A stretch of DNA of 64,000 nucleotides from a virus. The position numbers and the translations under genes were made by a program. Every line of letters starts with the position of its first letter. The stretch's first letter is position 1. The stretch is taken from IMG/VR virus record IMGVR_UViG_3300034096_001618, positions 14,477 to 78,476 of that record; one strand, given 5' to 3'. The notes below the pieces were generated by a model. That model had not been told where the DNA came from. It saw only the letters and a list, made by a program, of their open reading frames with translations, and made no database searches. This document shows positions 1-9,376 of the stretch, piece after piece.

Positions 1-189
1 TGTTTTGACAAATTCTGATAACCATGCCCTTTTAGGGTAATGCGGATCTGGAATAACAACTTCAAAAGACTTATCTGTTTGATAATTCAAATTCAATAAT
101 TGTGATTTTAGTAGCTCATCATCACCAATAAGATAAAAAGGAGCCATGACAAAACTGTAATGAGGATTACATAATTTATAATTTATCAT
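1..189 (-). CDS. Partial ORF, probable GT2-family glycosyltransferase (runs off the window edge)
   Basis: Manual translation MINYKLCNPHYSFVMAP...LNYQTDKSFEVVIPD resembles the GT2 'L..QT...FEVIvvD' motif; ATG overlaps the upstream TGA (ATGA). Confidence 0.55.
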   Translation of the reverse strand, partial: MINYKLCNPHYSFVMAPFYLIGDDELLKSQLLNLNYQTDKSFEVVIPDPHYPKRAWLSEFVKT

Positions 190-758
190 TTTATTTTCAC
201 CGATGGCGTTCCAACGTATGTGCCAGATTCTTTAATATTAGTAACAACACCAGAATTTAAACCAATTATCAAATTATCACACACTTGAATCTTTTCTTTA
301 AAAGAAGAATTTGTTCCAATGTAAACGCATTCTCCAATGCTATTGTTTCCAGATATTACTGATCCCGGCATCATACTTAAAAAATCTTTGCAAACAACAT
401 CATGACCAATACTGTTAAATCTACTAATAATACTGTGTTTGCCTATTTTAACATTAGTGGTTATTATGCAATGTGGCCCTACATAAGAACCTTCTCCGAT
501 TTTTACATCATTTCCAATAATTGCTGTTGGATGAATAAATGTAAAATATTTAATGCCATTTATCTTTTCACATATTGATTTCCTTATAACTGGATCAGCT
601 ATCGCAATCATTATTTCATATTCATCTTTTTCTATAGAAGAAATAGGACGTGCAAGATCATTTGCAAATTCATCACTTACAAAAAATGTCACATCTTCTT
701 GCATCAAAAATGCTACTTCTCTAGCGTGACCACCATAGCCATATAATGCTTTTTTCAT
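186..758 (-). CDS. NeuD/PglD-type sugar acetyltransferase (left-handed beta-helix)
   Basis: GYGGHAREV N-terminus, FIHPTA, hexapeptide repeats, IGHD, GTPS. Confidence 0.9.
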   Translation of the reverse strand: MKKALYGYGGHAREVAFLMQEDVTFFVSDEFANDLARPISSIEKDEYEIMIAIADPVIRKSICEKINGIKYFTFIHPTAIIGNDVKIGEGSYVGPHCIITTNVKIGKHSIISRFNSIGHDVVCKDFLSMMPGSVISGNNSIGECVYIGTNSSFKEKIQVCDNLIIGLNSGVVTNIKESGTYVGTPSVKIK

Positions 759-791
759 GATATTATATATTAGAAATAACTAAATAACATC

Positions 792-1562
792 ATGTCGAAA
801 ATATTATCTCTATTCTCATTGACTCCAGAAAATGTTGGCGACATGGCGTGCAGTTGGGGCAACCAATACGAAAATTTCAAGATTTCAAATTTCGGAGAAG
901 ATCCACACAATTTGTATGGAATAACTACAAAAAATGTAGTTTTTGGTCATATAAACGACCATAGAAGTGATTATGATCAATTTGATTTAATTGTAGTTGG
1001 AGGCGGCGGAATAATCAATAAATCACACGAAGAAGGCATATGGCGAATAATCAATCAATCAAAAAAATGTATGATACGTTCTGTTGGTGTTAAAGACTGG
1101 GATTTTGCTCATAAGATAAGAGACATAATTGGTGACAATTTTACAATAAGACATGTAGTAGACGGTTTCACATATGAAGCTTGTCCTTCTTTAGTTTTTG
1201 TAGATAGATACAAAACAGTCCATGGAGTTAATAAGAAAATTAAAAAGACAGATGATATCCTTTTTGCAGTCCATCAAAATCATAAAAAAGAAATAGAAAT
1301 TCTGCAAGAAAAAGGATTTAATTATATTGTGAACAATTGTGAATTAGAATATGCCTTGCAAAAAATATCTTGCTGTAAAAAAATAGTAACATCTTCATAC
1401 CATTTCTTATTATGGGCAAATGAATTTAATTGTGATATTGAATTGTTTCAAAAAGATTCTGACAAACCTGTTTCAGAATTAGACAAAGACTCTGATATGC
1501 TGAAGTTTATAAACATTCCAATAAAATTTGAAATCATTGATATAAAAAAATATTTAAACTGA
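792..1562 (+). CDS. Polysaccharide pyruvyl transferase-like protein
   Basis: NVGD, VVGGGGI, SVG, TSSYH motifs. Confidence 0.7.
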   Translation: MSKILSLFSLTPENVGDMACSWGNQYENFKISNFGEDPHNLYGITTKNVVFGHINDHRSDYDQFDLIVVGGGGIINKSHEEGIWRIINQSKKCMIRSVGVKDWDFAHKIRDIIGDNFTIRHVVDGFTYEACPSLVFVDRYKTVHGVNKKIKKTDDILFAVHQNHKKEIEILQEKGFNYIVNNCELEYALQKISCCKKIVTSSYHFLLWANEFNCDIELFQKDSDKPVSELDKDSDMLKFINIPIKFEIIDIKKYLN

Positions 1563-1747
1563 AACCATGGTGTTGAGTAAATCTTGTAATTTATATTCAG
1601 CAATCTTCACTAATGAATCATTGTCTCCATGACTTATTATAATTTTATCTTTTTTATCACCATTCCAATAAGTAAAATACAAGCAATTTCATTTTGTTTT
1701 CTAAAATATCTTGCCTGAAAACAATAAATACAAGACAGGAGGCAGTG

Positions 1748-2182
1748 GTGAAAAAGAATCTCACATCAATTGAAATTCAAGATGATTTAATCAAATTGAA
1801 CACATTTCTCGAAGAAACTAAACAAAAATGGGATGTAGAAAATCCACAGCCGAAATCATGGTTTGACAGAAATAAAGTTTATTTGGTTAAAACAACAACA
1901 TTTCTTATTTCCTGTACTGATAAATTAATTAATTTGGCTCAAACTTTTGCAGCAGCTGGGCCAAATAAAAAGATTGCTGTTTTAGCTATTACGGCGCAAA
2001 TATTTGATTACATAGTTGCCAAAGCTTTTCCTATTTGGATTTCTCCATTTGTGCCAATGATTAAACAAATAGTCATTACGATTATCATTAGCAATCTGAT
2101 TGAATTCATTGTTTCTAAATACAAAGATGGGTCATGGAATATGGAGAAAAAAAATGAGCCAACTGAACCAACAACAATCTGA
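1748..2182 (+). CDS. Hypothetical membrane-associated protein (possibly holin-like)
   Basis: GTG start after AGGAGG; hydrophobic C-terminal half with G.xKK motif. Confidence 0.45.
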   Translation: MKKNLTSIEIQDDLIKLNTFLEETKQKWDVENPQPKSWFDRNKVYLVKTTTFLISCTDKLINLAQTFAAAGPNKKIAVLAITAQIFDYIVAKAFPIWISPFVPMIKQIVITIIISNLIEFIVSKYKDGSWNMEKKNEPTEPTTI

Positions 2183-3116
2183 TACAATTAGTCTTTTACC
2201 TTTTGTTCGTGAAGACATTGCAACCATTCAAGATGTGAATCAAAAATCGGGATGGGAGATAACTGCATTTGATCTTCCTAAAGCATGGCAATACACACAA
2301 GGAGAAGGTGTGATTGTTGCTGTTTTAGATACTGGTTGTGATTTAGACCATGATGATCTTAAAGAAAATCTTCTTAAAGGTAAAAATTTTGTAAATCCTT
2401 CATTGCCCCCAGAAGATGACAATTCACATGGAAGCCATTGTACTGGAACAATATGTGCTTTGAATAATAATCATGGTATTGTTGGAGTTGCTCCAAAGAC
2501 TAAGGTTATACCAGTCAAAGTTCTTGATGGTTCTGGATCTGGAAATCTTGAAGTAGTTGCAGAAGGCATTAGATGGGCTGCGGATCAAGGTGTTGATTTT
2601 ATAGTTATGTCATTAGGCTCTCCAACTCCAACGCCAGTAATTCATGAAGCAGTTAAATATGCTGCTGCAAAAGGTGTGATCACTTGGTGTGCTGCTGGCA
2701 ATGCAGGTAAAACACGACAAGTTTTTTATCCAGCTGCATATCCAGAATGCATTGGTATTGGTGCAATAGATCAAAATTTGAATAGAGCAAATTTTAGTTG
2801 CACTGGTCCTGATTTAGACTTTATGGCCCCGGGAGTAAAGATACTTAGCACTGTTCCAGATAATTGGTATGCATTTCTTTCTGGGACAAGTATGAGCAAT
2901 CCTTTTGCTGTTGGAGTGGCGTGTCTTTTACTTTCGCACAAAAGAAAATATAACTTGCCTATAAATCTCAGAAATGCTCAAGATTATATAGACATGCTTA
3001 GAAACTATACCATTCCAACTAATGATCCTAAATTCGCTGGTGAAAGGTTTTTAGAGGGATTTGGAATTATCGATCCACGCAAAGTCAATGAGTGGTTATC
3101 TCAACAAAATTCTTAA
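2154..3116 (+). CDS. Subtilisin-family (S8) serine protease
   Basis: Catalytic motifs VLDTG, HGSHCTG, AAGN, SGTSMS; ATG at 2154 after GGAG. Confidence 0.95.
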   Translation: MSQLNQQQSDTISLLPFVREDIATIQDVNQKSGWEITAFDLPKAWQYTQGEGVIVAVLDTGCDLDHDDLKENLLKGKNFVNPSLPPEDDNSHGSHCTGTICALNNNHGIVGVAPKTKVIPVKVLDGSGSGNLEVVAEGIRWAADQGVDFIVMSLGSPTPTPVIHEAVKYAAAKGVITWCAAGNAGKTRQVFYPAAYPECIGIGAIDQNLNRANFSCTGPDLDFMAPGVKILSTVPDNWYAFLSGTSMSNPFAVGVACLLLSHKRKYNLPINLRNAQDYIDMLRNYTIPTNDPKFAGERFLEGFGIIDPRKVNEWLSQQNS

Positions 3117-3153
3117 CATTTTCTGTTACAAAAATTAAAAGCACAATAAGGTT

Positions 3154-3636
3154 TCAAATTTTATTTTTGATCAAATTAATCTTTTCTTTTAAGCAAGCTG
3201 CTTTTTCGTAGTCTTCAATTTTAATTGCTTCTTGTAATTCAATATTTAAATTTTCAATTTCAGATGCATCGCTTAATTTGAAATTTTTAGGTTTCTTGCC
3301 AATATGTTTAAGTGAAATTTGGCATCTAAGCAATAGATTTAATATTGTGTCTTTGAATGTATCGTAACATTTATCACATCCCAATCTCGACTTTTCAATT
3401 AAATCATCAAATGACGCATTACATTGTTGACATTTTTTTGATTCCGTATGTTTTAAAGTTATATCTTCAATTATACTCATTAAAACATCAATATTGTATT
3501 CACTAGTTTTTTTTAATGCAGAAAAAGCACATTTGTCGCAAACATTAATTTGAGCGTAAACTCCATTATGTGCTGTGTTCACTTCATAACACTTTGAATT
3601 TGAACATGGTATATTCGTCAAAGGGCAGCGATCCAC
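3154..3636 (-). CDS. McsA-like protein (CxxC zinc motifs plus UvrB/UvrC motif)
   Basis: CDKC, CQQC, RLGCDKCYDTF, HIGKKP and EAIKIEDYEKAACLKE. Confidence 0.8.
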   Translation of the reverse strand: MDRCPLTNIPCSNSKCYEVNTAHNGVYAQINVCDKCAFSALKKTSEYNIDVLMSIIEDITLKHTESKKCQQCNASFDDLIEKSRLGCDKCYDTFKDTILNLLLRCQISLKHIGKKPKNFKLSDASEIENLNIELQEAIKIEDYEKAACLKEKINLIKNKI

Positions 3637-3640
3637 AGCC

Positions 3641-4174
3641 TCACTCCTTTTTTCTATTGATTAATCCTAAACTATCATGAAACTCTTTAATTTTTCTAAC
3701 TAATATTTTTTTCTCATCATTGGTAATTTCACTGCTAAATTCTACCAACATTTTATCAATAAAATCTTCATATTTCAAGGCAAAATTTTTCCTTATTTTC
3801 AACAATTCATTGTAATACGCTTCTACATCTTCTTTTTTGGTAAGATTCTCGTCTTTACTTTTATATTCTTGATTATTGAATTTATTTATTTCTTCTTGCC
3901 AAATAGATTGCAGTCTTAATGATTCATGACTTAATTGATTTGAAAAAGATAAAATAAATACTTTTTTTTCAATTTCTGTAAGCAAAGAAAAACTTTTAGA
4001 TTCCTTTGTCTTCTTGTCATAAATTATAATTTTCCCCCAATATTCTTTATCAAATAAAGATTCTGCGTGCTTCTTATGAAAAATAATTGATTTTTTATAA
4101 GTTTCATGAGACTTTGGTTTTTCTGGTTCATTAAAAAATGAAAAAATCAATAAAACACCAAATAAGAATTTCAT
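3641..4174 (-). CDS. Hypothetical protein with N-terminal signal/anchor
   Basis: MKFLFGVLLIFSFF followed by a charged helical region. Confidence 0.6.
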   Translation of the reverse strand: MKFLFGVLLIFSFFNEPEKPKSHETYKKSIIFHKKHAESLFDKEYWGKIIIYDKKTKESKSFSLLTEIEKKVFILSFSNQLSHESLRLQSIWQEEINKFNNQEYKSKDENLTKKEDVEAYYNELLKIRKNFALKYEDFIDKMLVEFSSEITNDEKKILVRKIKEFHDSLGLINRKKE

Positions 4175-4181
4175 GGCACCC

Positions 4182-5015
4182 TTATGGAGAAATGGCTTGG
4201 CCTCGCATTCTCACAGTAAAACCATCAATCTCTATAGGAATGGAATTTTTAGGAACAATTCTTTTTATCCATACAGGAATAACATCTAATGCCCTAAAGG
4301 TTCCAAGAGAGTAGCTACTGTTAGAAAAAACAACATTGGCTGGAGGAGTGGTTTCAAAATCAATTAATTCTGCTTCACGGTTTATTGGTCCGCCATTAAC
4401 ACTTTTAATGAAAGAAATTAATGGTACTCCTCCAGTATATGTTAAATTATTTACATTTAAAGAAATTGTTTCATGATATCTACTGCTTGCATCGCCAACG
4501 AAGTTAATTTCAAAGGTTAATATGTCTGTTCCAGAGTCATATGTCGCAGAAACTGTGACATCTTCAAGATAAGTAATTGCTCTAATGGCAGTTTGAAAAT
4601 TACTTGCAAAAGTTGCAACGGAAGAATTATAATTAAATGTAAAATTGTGAACACTTGTATCTTCGTATGCAAATGTTATTGACCCGCCAGTACAGGTATT
4701 GAAATTTGTAATATTTATATATTGCCTATCATTTTGCACTTGGTATCCAAGATAAGCATAAACATTACTTTCAATATTTGTAGTGGAAATATAAATAGAT
4801 GTACTATAAAGATTTTCAGTTGAACTATCATTTGATATATAAATGCATCTATAATCAGTCATTCCATTAATTGATTGTTCGCTGGTGACTGTGTCGAATA
4901 ATTGATTGTTCAAAATTTGATGAACAGATGGACTACCTCCTAATGATAAGTCAGGAATGAGATTAGCTGCTCCACCTGAGTATAGATATGTTATATCACC
5001 GTAGCCTATTGTCAT
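4182..5015 (-). CDS. Putative virion structural protein
   Basis: SLGG..S, LFD.V, DYRCIYI.N and PVWIKR motifs recalled from phage tail-associated beta proteins; late-type CATATATA box upstream. Confidence 0.6.
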   Translation of the reverse strand: MTIGYGDITYLYSGGAANLIPDLSLGGSPSVHQILNNQLFDTVTSEQSINGMTDYRCIYISNDSSTENLYSTSIYISTTNIESNVYAYLGYQVQNDRQYINITNFNTCTGGSITFAYEDTSVHNFTFNYNSSVATFASNFQTAIRAITYLEDVTVSATYDSGTDILTFEINFVGDASSRYHETISLNVNNLTYTGGVPLISFIKSVNGGPINREAELIDFETTPPANVVFSNSSYSLGTFRALDVIPVWIKRIVPKNSIPIEIDGFTVRMRGQAISP

Positions 5016-5100
5016 CTATCCCTCACTTTGAGTATTGTCTGTTTTTATATATGCTTTAATCCAGAAAACCCCGACTTTTTCAGGGTTATGATAAAGTGAA

Positions 5101-5178
5101 ATCATATTAGCTCAGTTAGATTAGAGAAAAAAATATTTTTTAATCAAAAGTGGTTGTTTTGTTTTGAATATATGCTTA
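5101..5178 (+). pseudogene. Degenerate tRNA-Lys(UUU)-like remnant
   Basis: TAGCTCAGTT..TAGAG (D arm), TTTTAATCAA (anticodon arm), GGT, GTTTTGAAT (T-loop-like) in tRNA order; stems eroded. Confidence 0.55.
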
Positions 5179-5213
5179 AAATTTCTTGCCACATAAAATG
5201 GAAATTATTTTAT

Positions 5214-6041
5214 ATGCAGGCCGACAACAACAATTTGCCCAGAGTTGATTCGCAAAAATCCAAGCGAATCAATAAGAAGCGTGTTGTTTGGCAAGATGTG
5301 AGCAACAAAACAAAAATCCTTCAAGTTTATAATAAAGGATTGGAATATTGTTTACTTTCAAGTAATTACGAGCAATGTCATCAGTTTGTTTGGTGCAAAG
5401 ATTTTTTGCATGATGTTGTCCAGTCTTCTCTTCATAATAAAAAGTTTGAAATTTATAAATTCAATTATGATCCAACGCATGATCCAAATCCGTGTATAAG
5501 GGAAATTAGAATTGCTGTTGCCAATAGTTGTGATGCTAAACTTGGCAAAAAGATTTTATCTTGTGTTGATTTTATTAATCAAATTGAATTAAAATTGAAT
5601 ATTCCACTGACCAAAGTACGCATTTGTTTGAATCCATTAGAATGTTATAAAAAATCAGGGGTTTTTATATTTCAAGGCAATAAAAGGTGGATTAATTCAC
5701 CACCGATGTTGTCTCTTTTCAGCTTGCTTATTAGAGTTGGTTTTTCACATTCAAAAGGACAAGAATATCAAAAAACTATTCGCTCTTTAAAAAATGGTTT
5801 TTTCAAACCATATCAAAAAAAAGATGCTCGTTGGATTAATGAAATTGAACCAGCTTTACATAAAATAATCAGAATCGGTGATCGCAAAATATTTTATAAG
5901 GACATTAAACTTAATTATCCAGCTTCCATTAACATTGACGCAATGCATAATAGAATGGGAATCGTTGGTTTCGCCTGTGATCTTATAGCTAAGAATGCTG
6001 GTCAATCAGTAACGATGCCTTATTGGCACTTGATCAAGTAA
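5214..6041 (+). CDS. Hypothetical protein, likely co-transcribed with the amidoligase
   Basis: Long ORF; ATG 5214 preferred because the upstream in-frame part overlaps the tRNA remnant. Confidence 0.7.
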   Translation: MQADNNNLPRVDSQKSKRINKKRVVWQDVSNKTKILQVYNKGLEYCLLSSNYEQCHQFVWCKDFLHDVVQSSLHNKKFEIYKFNYDPTHDPNPCIREIRIAVANSCDAKLGKKILSCVDFINQIELKLNIPLTKVRICLNPLECYKKSGVFIFQGNKRWINSPPMLSLFSLLIRVGFSHSKGQEYQKTIRSLKNGFFKPYQKKDARWINEIEPALHKIIRIGDRKIFYKDIKLNYPASINIDAMHNRMGIVGFACDLIAKNAGQSVTMPYWHLIK

Positions 6042-6059
6042 TTTTTCTATGGAGGCTCT

Positions 6060-6977
6060 ATGAATTTTACATTTGGCAGCGATCCTGAATTCATGATTTC
6101 TCGTTGGGACGAATTGCAAAGTGCTATTCCCTTGCTTCCTAAAAAAGAACAAGCACTTATTAGAAATGGCAGTAAATTTTATTACGACAATGTTCTTGCT
6201 GAAATTGCTGTTAAGCCAGCATCTTCAAAAGAAGATCTTCAGAAAAATATAGAAAACTCTTTGCAACAACTTTGTAAATTAATTAAGCCAGCAAGATTCA
6301 TTATTCAAGCTTCTGCCAAATATCCATCTAAGCAACTAAATGATAAAGATGCTAAAATTGCTGGATGTAATCCAGAATGGAACGCTTATACTTTGCGTTG
6401 TGTATTGCCACCTGAAGAAATAATTTCAAAAACCCCTTTCCGAACAGCAGGTGGACATATTCATATAGGTGCAGAAGGTCTCAACGACCCAATTAAAGCA
6501 TTTGATGTCATTAGAATGATGGATCTTTTTATAGGCATACCTTCTATATTCTTGGATACTGACGAAACATCAAAAGAACGAAGAAAAATATATGGTCATG
6601 CTGGAAGCCATCGGATGACTGATTATGGTTTTGAATATCGTTCGTTGGGTAATTTTTGGTATGGATCTCCAGAATATGTTTCGTTAATCTATGATCTTAC
6701 GAATTTCGTTCTTGAATTCGTCTCTGCCGACAACCACAAGAAGTTTTGGACAATCAATGAAAAGCTTCTACAAAGTAGTGATCCGAGCCGTGCTTACAAT
6801 TGCATTGGATATGATGCTAAATCACTTTGCAAGACGATTGATTCTTGCGACAAGAAACAAGCTTCCAAATTCATGATGTTCATTACAAATTATTTACCTA
6901 AAAACCTAGTAGAAAAGATTGAGCAACTATCTGACAAACCTTTGCCAGATCCATATGATGCTTGGAACCTTGCATGA
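6060..6977 (+). CDS. phiEco32-like COOH-NH2 ligase type 2 (amidoligase)
   Basis: GSDPEF, DNVLAE, GCNPE, RTAGGHIH, RRKIYG.AG..R, GFEYRSL motifs. Confidence 0.88.
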   Translation: MNFTFGSDPEFMISRWDELQSAIPLLPKKEQALIRNGSKFYYDNVLAEIAVKPASSKEDLQKNIENSLQQLCKLIKPARFIIQASAKYPSKQLNDKDAKIAGCNPEWNAYTLRCVLPPEEIISKTPFRTAGGHIHIGAEGLNDPIKAFDVIRMMDLFIGIPSIFLDTDETSKERRKIYGHAGSHRMTDYGFEYRSLGNFWYGSPEYVSLIYDLTNFVLEFVSADNHKKFWTINEKLLQSSDPSRAYNCIGYDAKSLCKTIDSCDKKQASKFMMFITNYLPKNLVEKIEQLSDKPLPDPYDAWNLA

Positions 6978-7606
6978 TGTTTGACTATAATTGTATAATA
7001 AGTCATTCTAAATTGACTAAAGATAAGCCAACACATGCAGTGATTTTATTAGCTGGCAGAGGATTTTCTAACAAATATATGTTTGACATTTTCAATAGTC
7101 TTCATGATATTTGTAATGTCATCATATTTTCAATAGAACCAGAAAATGAATGGTATCCAATTCCAAACGGCTTTTCTGATCAAGAAAACGCCGTTGTTGG
7201 GTTGAAACAAAATATCCCAATTTTGCGTGAATATGTCAAAAATCTACTCGATGAAAATAAGATAGAATTAAATAATACTATTTTAGTGGGATTTTCAGCA
7301 GGTGCAGTTGTGGCGCTAGAATTAGCAACACGATTTCAAGATAATTATAATCTTGTTGTATGTCACAGCGGAGCGATTCTTTGTCCTGATAAATTAACAA
7401 AATGCACGATATCAACAAATATTTTATTGTTTCATAACGAAGATGATGTTTGCTTTAGTTGGAATGAAAGGTATTTACCAATGCGTGATGCGTTGATTGC
7501 CAATAAATACAATGTCATTACCGAAGAAAAATCATTAGGTGGACATTTGATGTGCAAAAATGAAATTGATCTTGTGGTTAAAATTATTCACCAAGTTGTC
7601 GCCTGA
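6974..7606 (+). CDS. Phospholipase/carboxylesterase (alpha/beta hydrolase)
   Basis: GFSAG nucleophile elbow, later D and GGH residues. Confidence 0.85.
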   Translation: MMFDYNCIISHSKLTKDKPTHAVILLAGRGFSNKYMFDIFNSLHDICNVIIFSIEPENEWYPIPNGFSDQENAVVGLKQNIPILREYVKNLLDENKIELNNTILVGFSAGAVVALELATRFQDNYNLVVCHSGAILCPDKLTKCTISTNILLFHNEDDVCFSWNERYLPMRDALIANKYNVITEEKSLGGHLMCKNEIDLVVKIIHQVVA

Positions 7607-8288
7607 TTCTGCGGCAATCTTCTCGTATGTCAATTTTTCTACAATTGCGACACATCCATAAAAAACCATGTTCACGAAACGCATTGACTTCTAAAATAAG
7701 TCTTGTTCTATTAATTGAATAACGACAATTACACTTTTTGCATATTGTTTTTATAATCCCCTTTATTTTTTTAGGCTTAGGAACTTTACCTTTAACTTTA
7801 TGAACTTTCCTAGAAAATTTGTTTTTAAAATAGAATGTTTTTAATTCTTCTGGCATTGGAGGGATTGGAAATTGACTGCCTTTAATCCATTGATATTTAG
7901 TTCCATCTAGATGCGTACTTGGCGGAACAACAGATTGATGCAAATTACCACGAAATTCAATTCCATCAAAAACGAATCTCGTTAATTCTGGATCAGGGCT
8001 TAGGAAAAGATTATGAATTGATTTTGCACTACGAAACATTGGTCTGGGAAATCCATCAATCATTCTTTCCAATAAATCATTGGCCTGTTCAGAATCTCCT
8101 TCAACATCAACAATCTCACCCAGAAGTATTCCCATGTTGTATTCTTCTGTTAAAAAACAAGACCTCCATCTTTCCACGCTCCAATCTTTATTCCAATTAC
8201 TGGATATTGGACACTTACTGTTTAAGTGTACAGCTATGGGCTTGAAACCAATTTTTACATACCCATCGAAATATTGAATTAGTTTCAT
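7584..8288 (-). CDS. Bifunctional DNA primase/polymerase (Prim-Pol) domain with C-terminal Zn finger
   Basis: N.GIL.G.IVDVE, H, VVPPS.H..G..Y.W; two CxxC. Confidence 0.8.
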   Translation of the reverse strand: MKLIQYFDGYVKIGFKPIAVHLNSKCPISSNWNKDWSVERWRSCFLTEEYNMGILLGEIVDVEGDSEQANDLLERMIDGFPRPMFRSAKSIHNLFLSPDPELTRFVFDGIEFRGNLHQSVVPPSTHLDGTKYQWIKGSQFPIPPMPEELKTFYFKNKFSRKVHKVKGKVPKPKKIKGIIKTICKKCNCRYSINRTRLILEVNAFREHGFLWMCRNCRKIDIREDCRRIRRQLGE

Positions 8289-8428
8289 GTGTAAAGCTCT
8301 TGTAGTGCCTGAACCATGTCCTTAAAAGTCATACGTTCGACAGTTGTTTCATTCTTGCGTGCCCATTCTATTAACCTTATAAGCAGTTCTTGTCTGCTTT
8401 TTACTATACTGGAATTAAGAGGAACCAA
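8285..8428 (-). CDS. Possible small protein missed by the ORF track
   Basis: Frame ...SRQELLIRLIEWARKNETTVERMTFKDMVQALQELYT*; TGA overlaps the Prim-Pol ATG; start (TTG) uncertain. Confidence 0.4.
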   Translation of the reverse strand: MVPLNSSIVKSRQELLIRLIEWARKNETTVERMTFKDMVQALQELYT

Positions 8429-8430
8429 CA

Positions 8431-9336
8431 ATGAAGACTGTAGCATTAGTCACCGGAGGAACAGGTTTTATTGGATATCACTTATGTAAATGGCTATACG
8501 AAAACGATTATCATGTCATAGCAACTGGAATTAATGGAGAAAATAAACCTTTATGTCATGATTTACATTTGTTGCCATTGAATCAACTGCCATTTGACAA
8601 AATGCCTAATGTTGATATATGTTTTCATCAAGCTGCAAACAATGATACAACTGAAAGCAACTATGAAAAAATGTATGAAACAAATGTCATACATTCATCT
8701 ACACTATTTCGTAAACTTTCGCAAGAAAATAATTGTAAGAATTTTGTCTATGCTTCTAGCTGTTCAATCTATGGAGACAGACCAATTCCTTTCAATGAAA
8801 TTGAAACTGAGCCAAAGCCATTAAATCCATATGCAGTTTCAAAGTTAGAGTTTGAAAATTTCGCAAAAGATTTCGCAGCACTAAACGGAGTAAAAACAAT
8901 TGGCCTGCGATACACAAATGTTTATGGTCCTTTTGAAGTTCATAAAGGCAAAAGAGCCAGCATGATAAGTCAGTTATTATTTCAAATCGAACAAGGAGAA
9001 AATCCTATTCTTTTCAAGAATGGCGAACAAATGCGTGATTGGATTTATGTTGCAGATGTAGTAAGAGCAAATGTTCTTGCGAGTAAGGCCAATACACAAG
9101 GCATATACAATGTTGGCTACAGCATACCATATTCATTTAATTCATTGGTCAGAATGATATGTGAAAAGTTAAACAAAAAAGTTGAAATTCAGTATGTTGA
9201 TTGTCCATTCTTGGACAAATATCAGTCTCATACTTCCGTAGACATATCTAGGTCCAGAATAGATTTAGGATTTATGCCTAGATGGTCAATAAGAGAAGTA
9301 TTGCCAGAAATGATTCAACAAAAAAACCGCTCCTAG
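8431..9336 (+). CDS. NAD-dependent epimerase/dehydratase (HldD/RfaD-like)
   Basis: TGGTGFIG, YASS..IYG, Y..SK, NVYGP.E.HKG..AS, RDWIYV.D. Confidence 0.9.
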   Translation: MKTVALVTGGTGFIGYHLCKWLYENDYHVIATGINGENKPLCHDLHLLPLNQLPFDKMPNVDICFHQAANNDTTESNYEKMYETNVIHSSTLFRKLSQENNCKNFVYASSCSIYGDRPIPFNEIETEPKPLNPYAVSKLEFENFAKDFAALNGVKTIGLRYTNVYGPFEVHKGKRASMISQLLFQIEQGENPILFKNGEQMRDWIYVADVVRANVLASKANTQGIYNVGYSIPYSFNSLVRMICEKLNKKVEIQYVDCPFLDKYQSHTSVDISRSRIDLGFMPRWSIREVLPEMIQQKNRS

Positions 9337-9350
9337 TGGAACGGTTTTTT
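9321..9350. terminator. Bidirectional intrinsic terminator
   Basis: AAAAAACCG..TCC-TAGT-GGA..CGGTTTTTT between convergent genes. Confidence 0.75.
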
Positions 9351-9376
9351 AAAATTTTTCAAAAAATTACTTTTAT

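Noticed and set aside
5060-5100. AGAAAACCCCGACTTTTTCAGGG (and the hairpin near 32160) as IS200/IS605 end remnants
   Set aside because: Only vague resemblance; no transposase or TnpB nearby; explainable as ordinary hairpins
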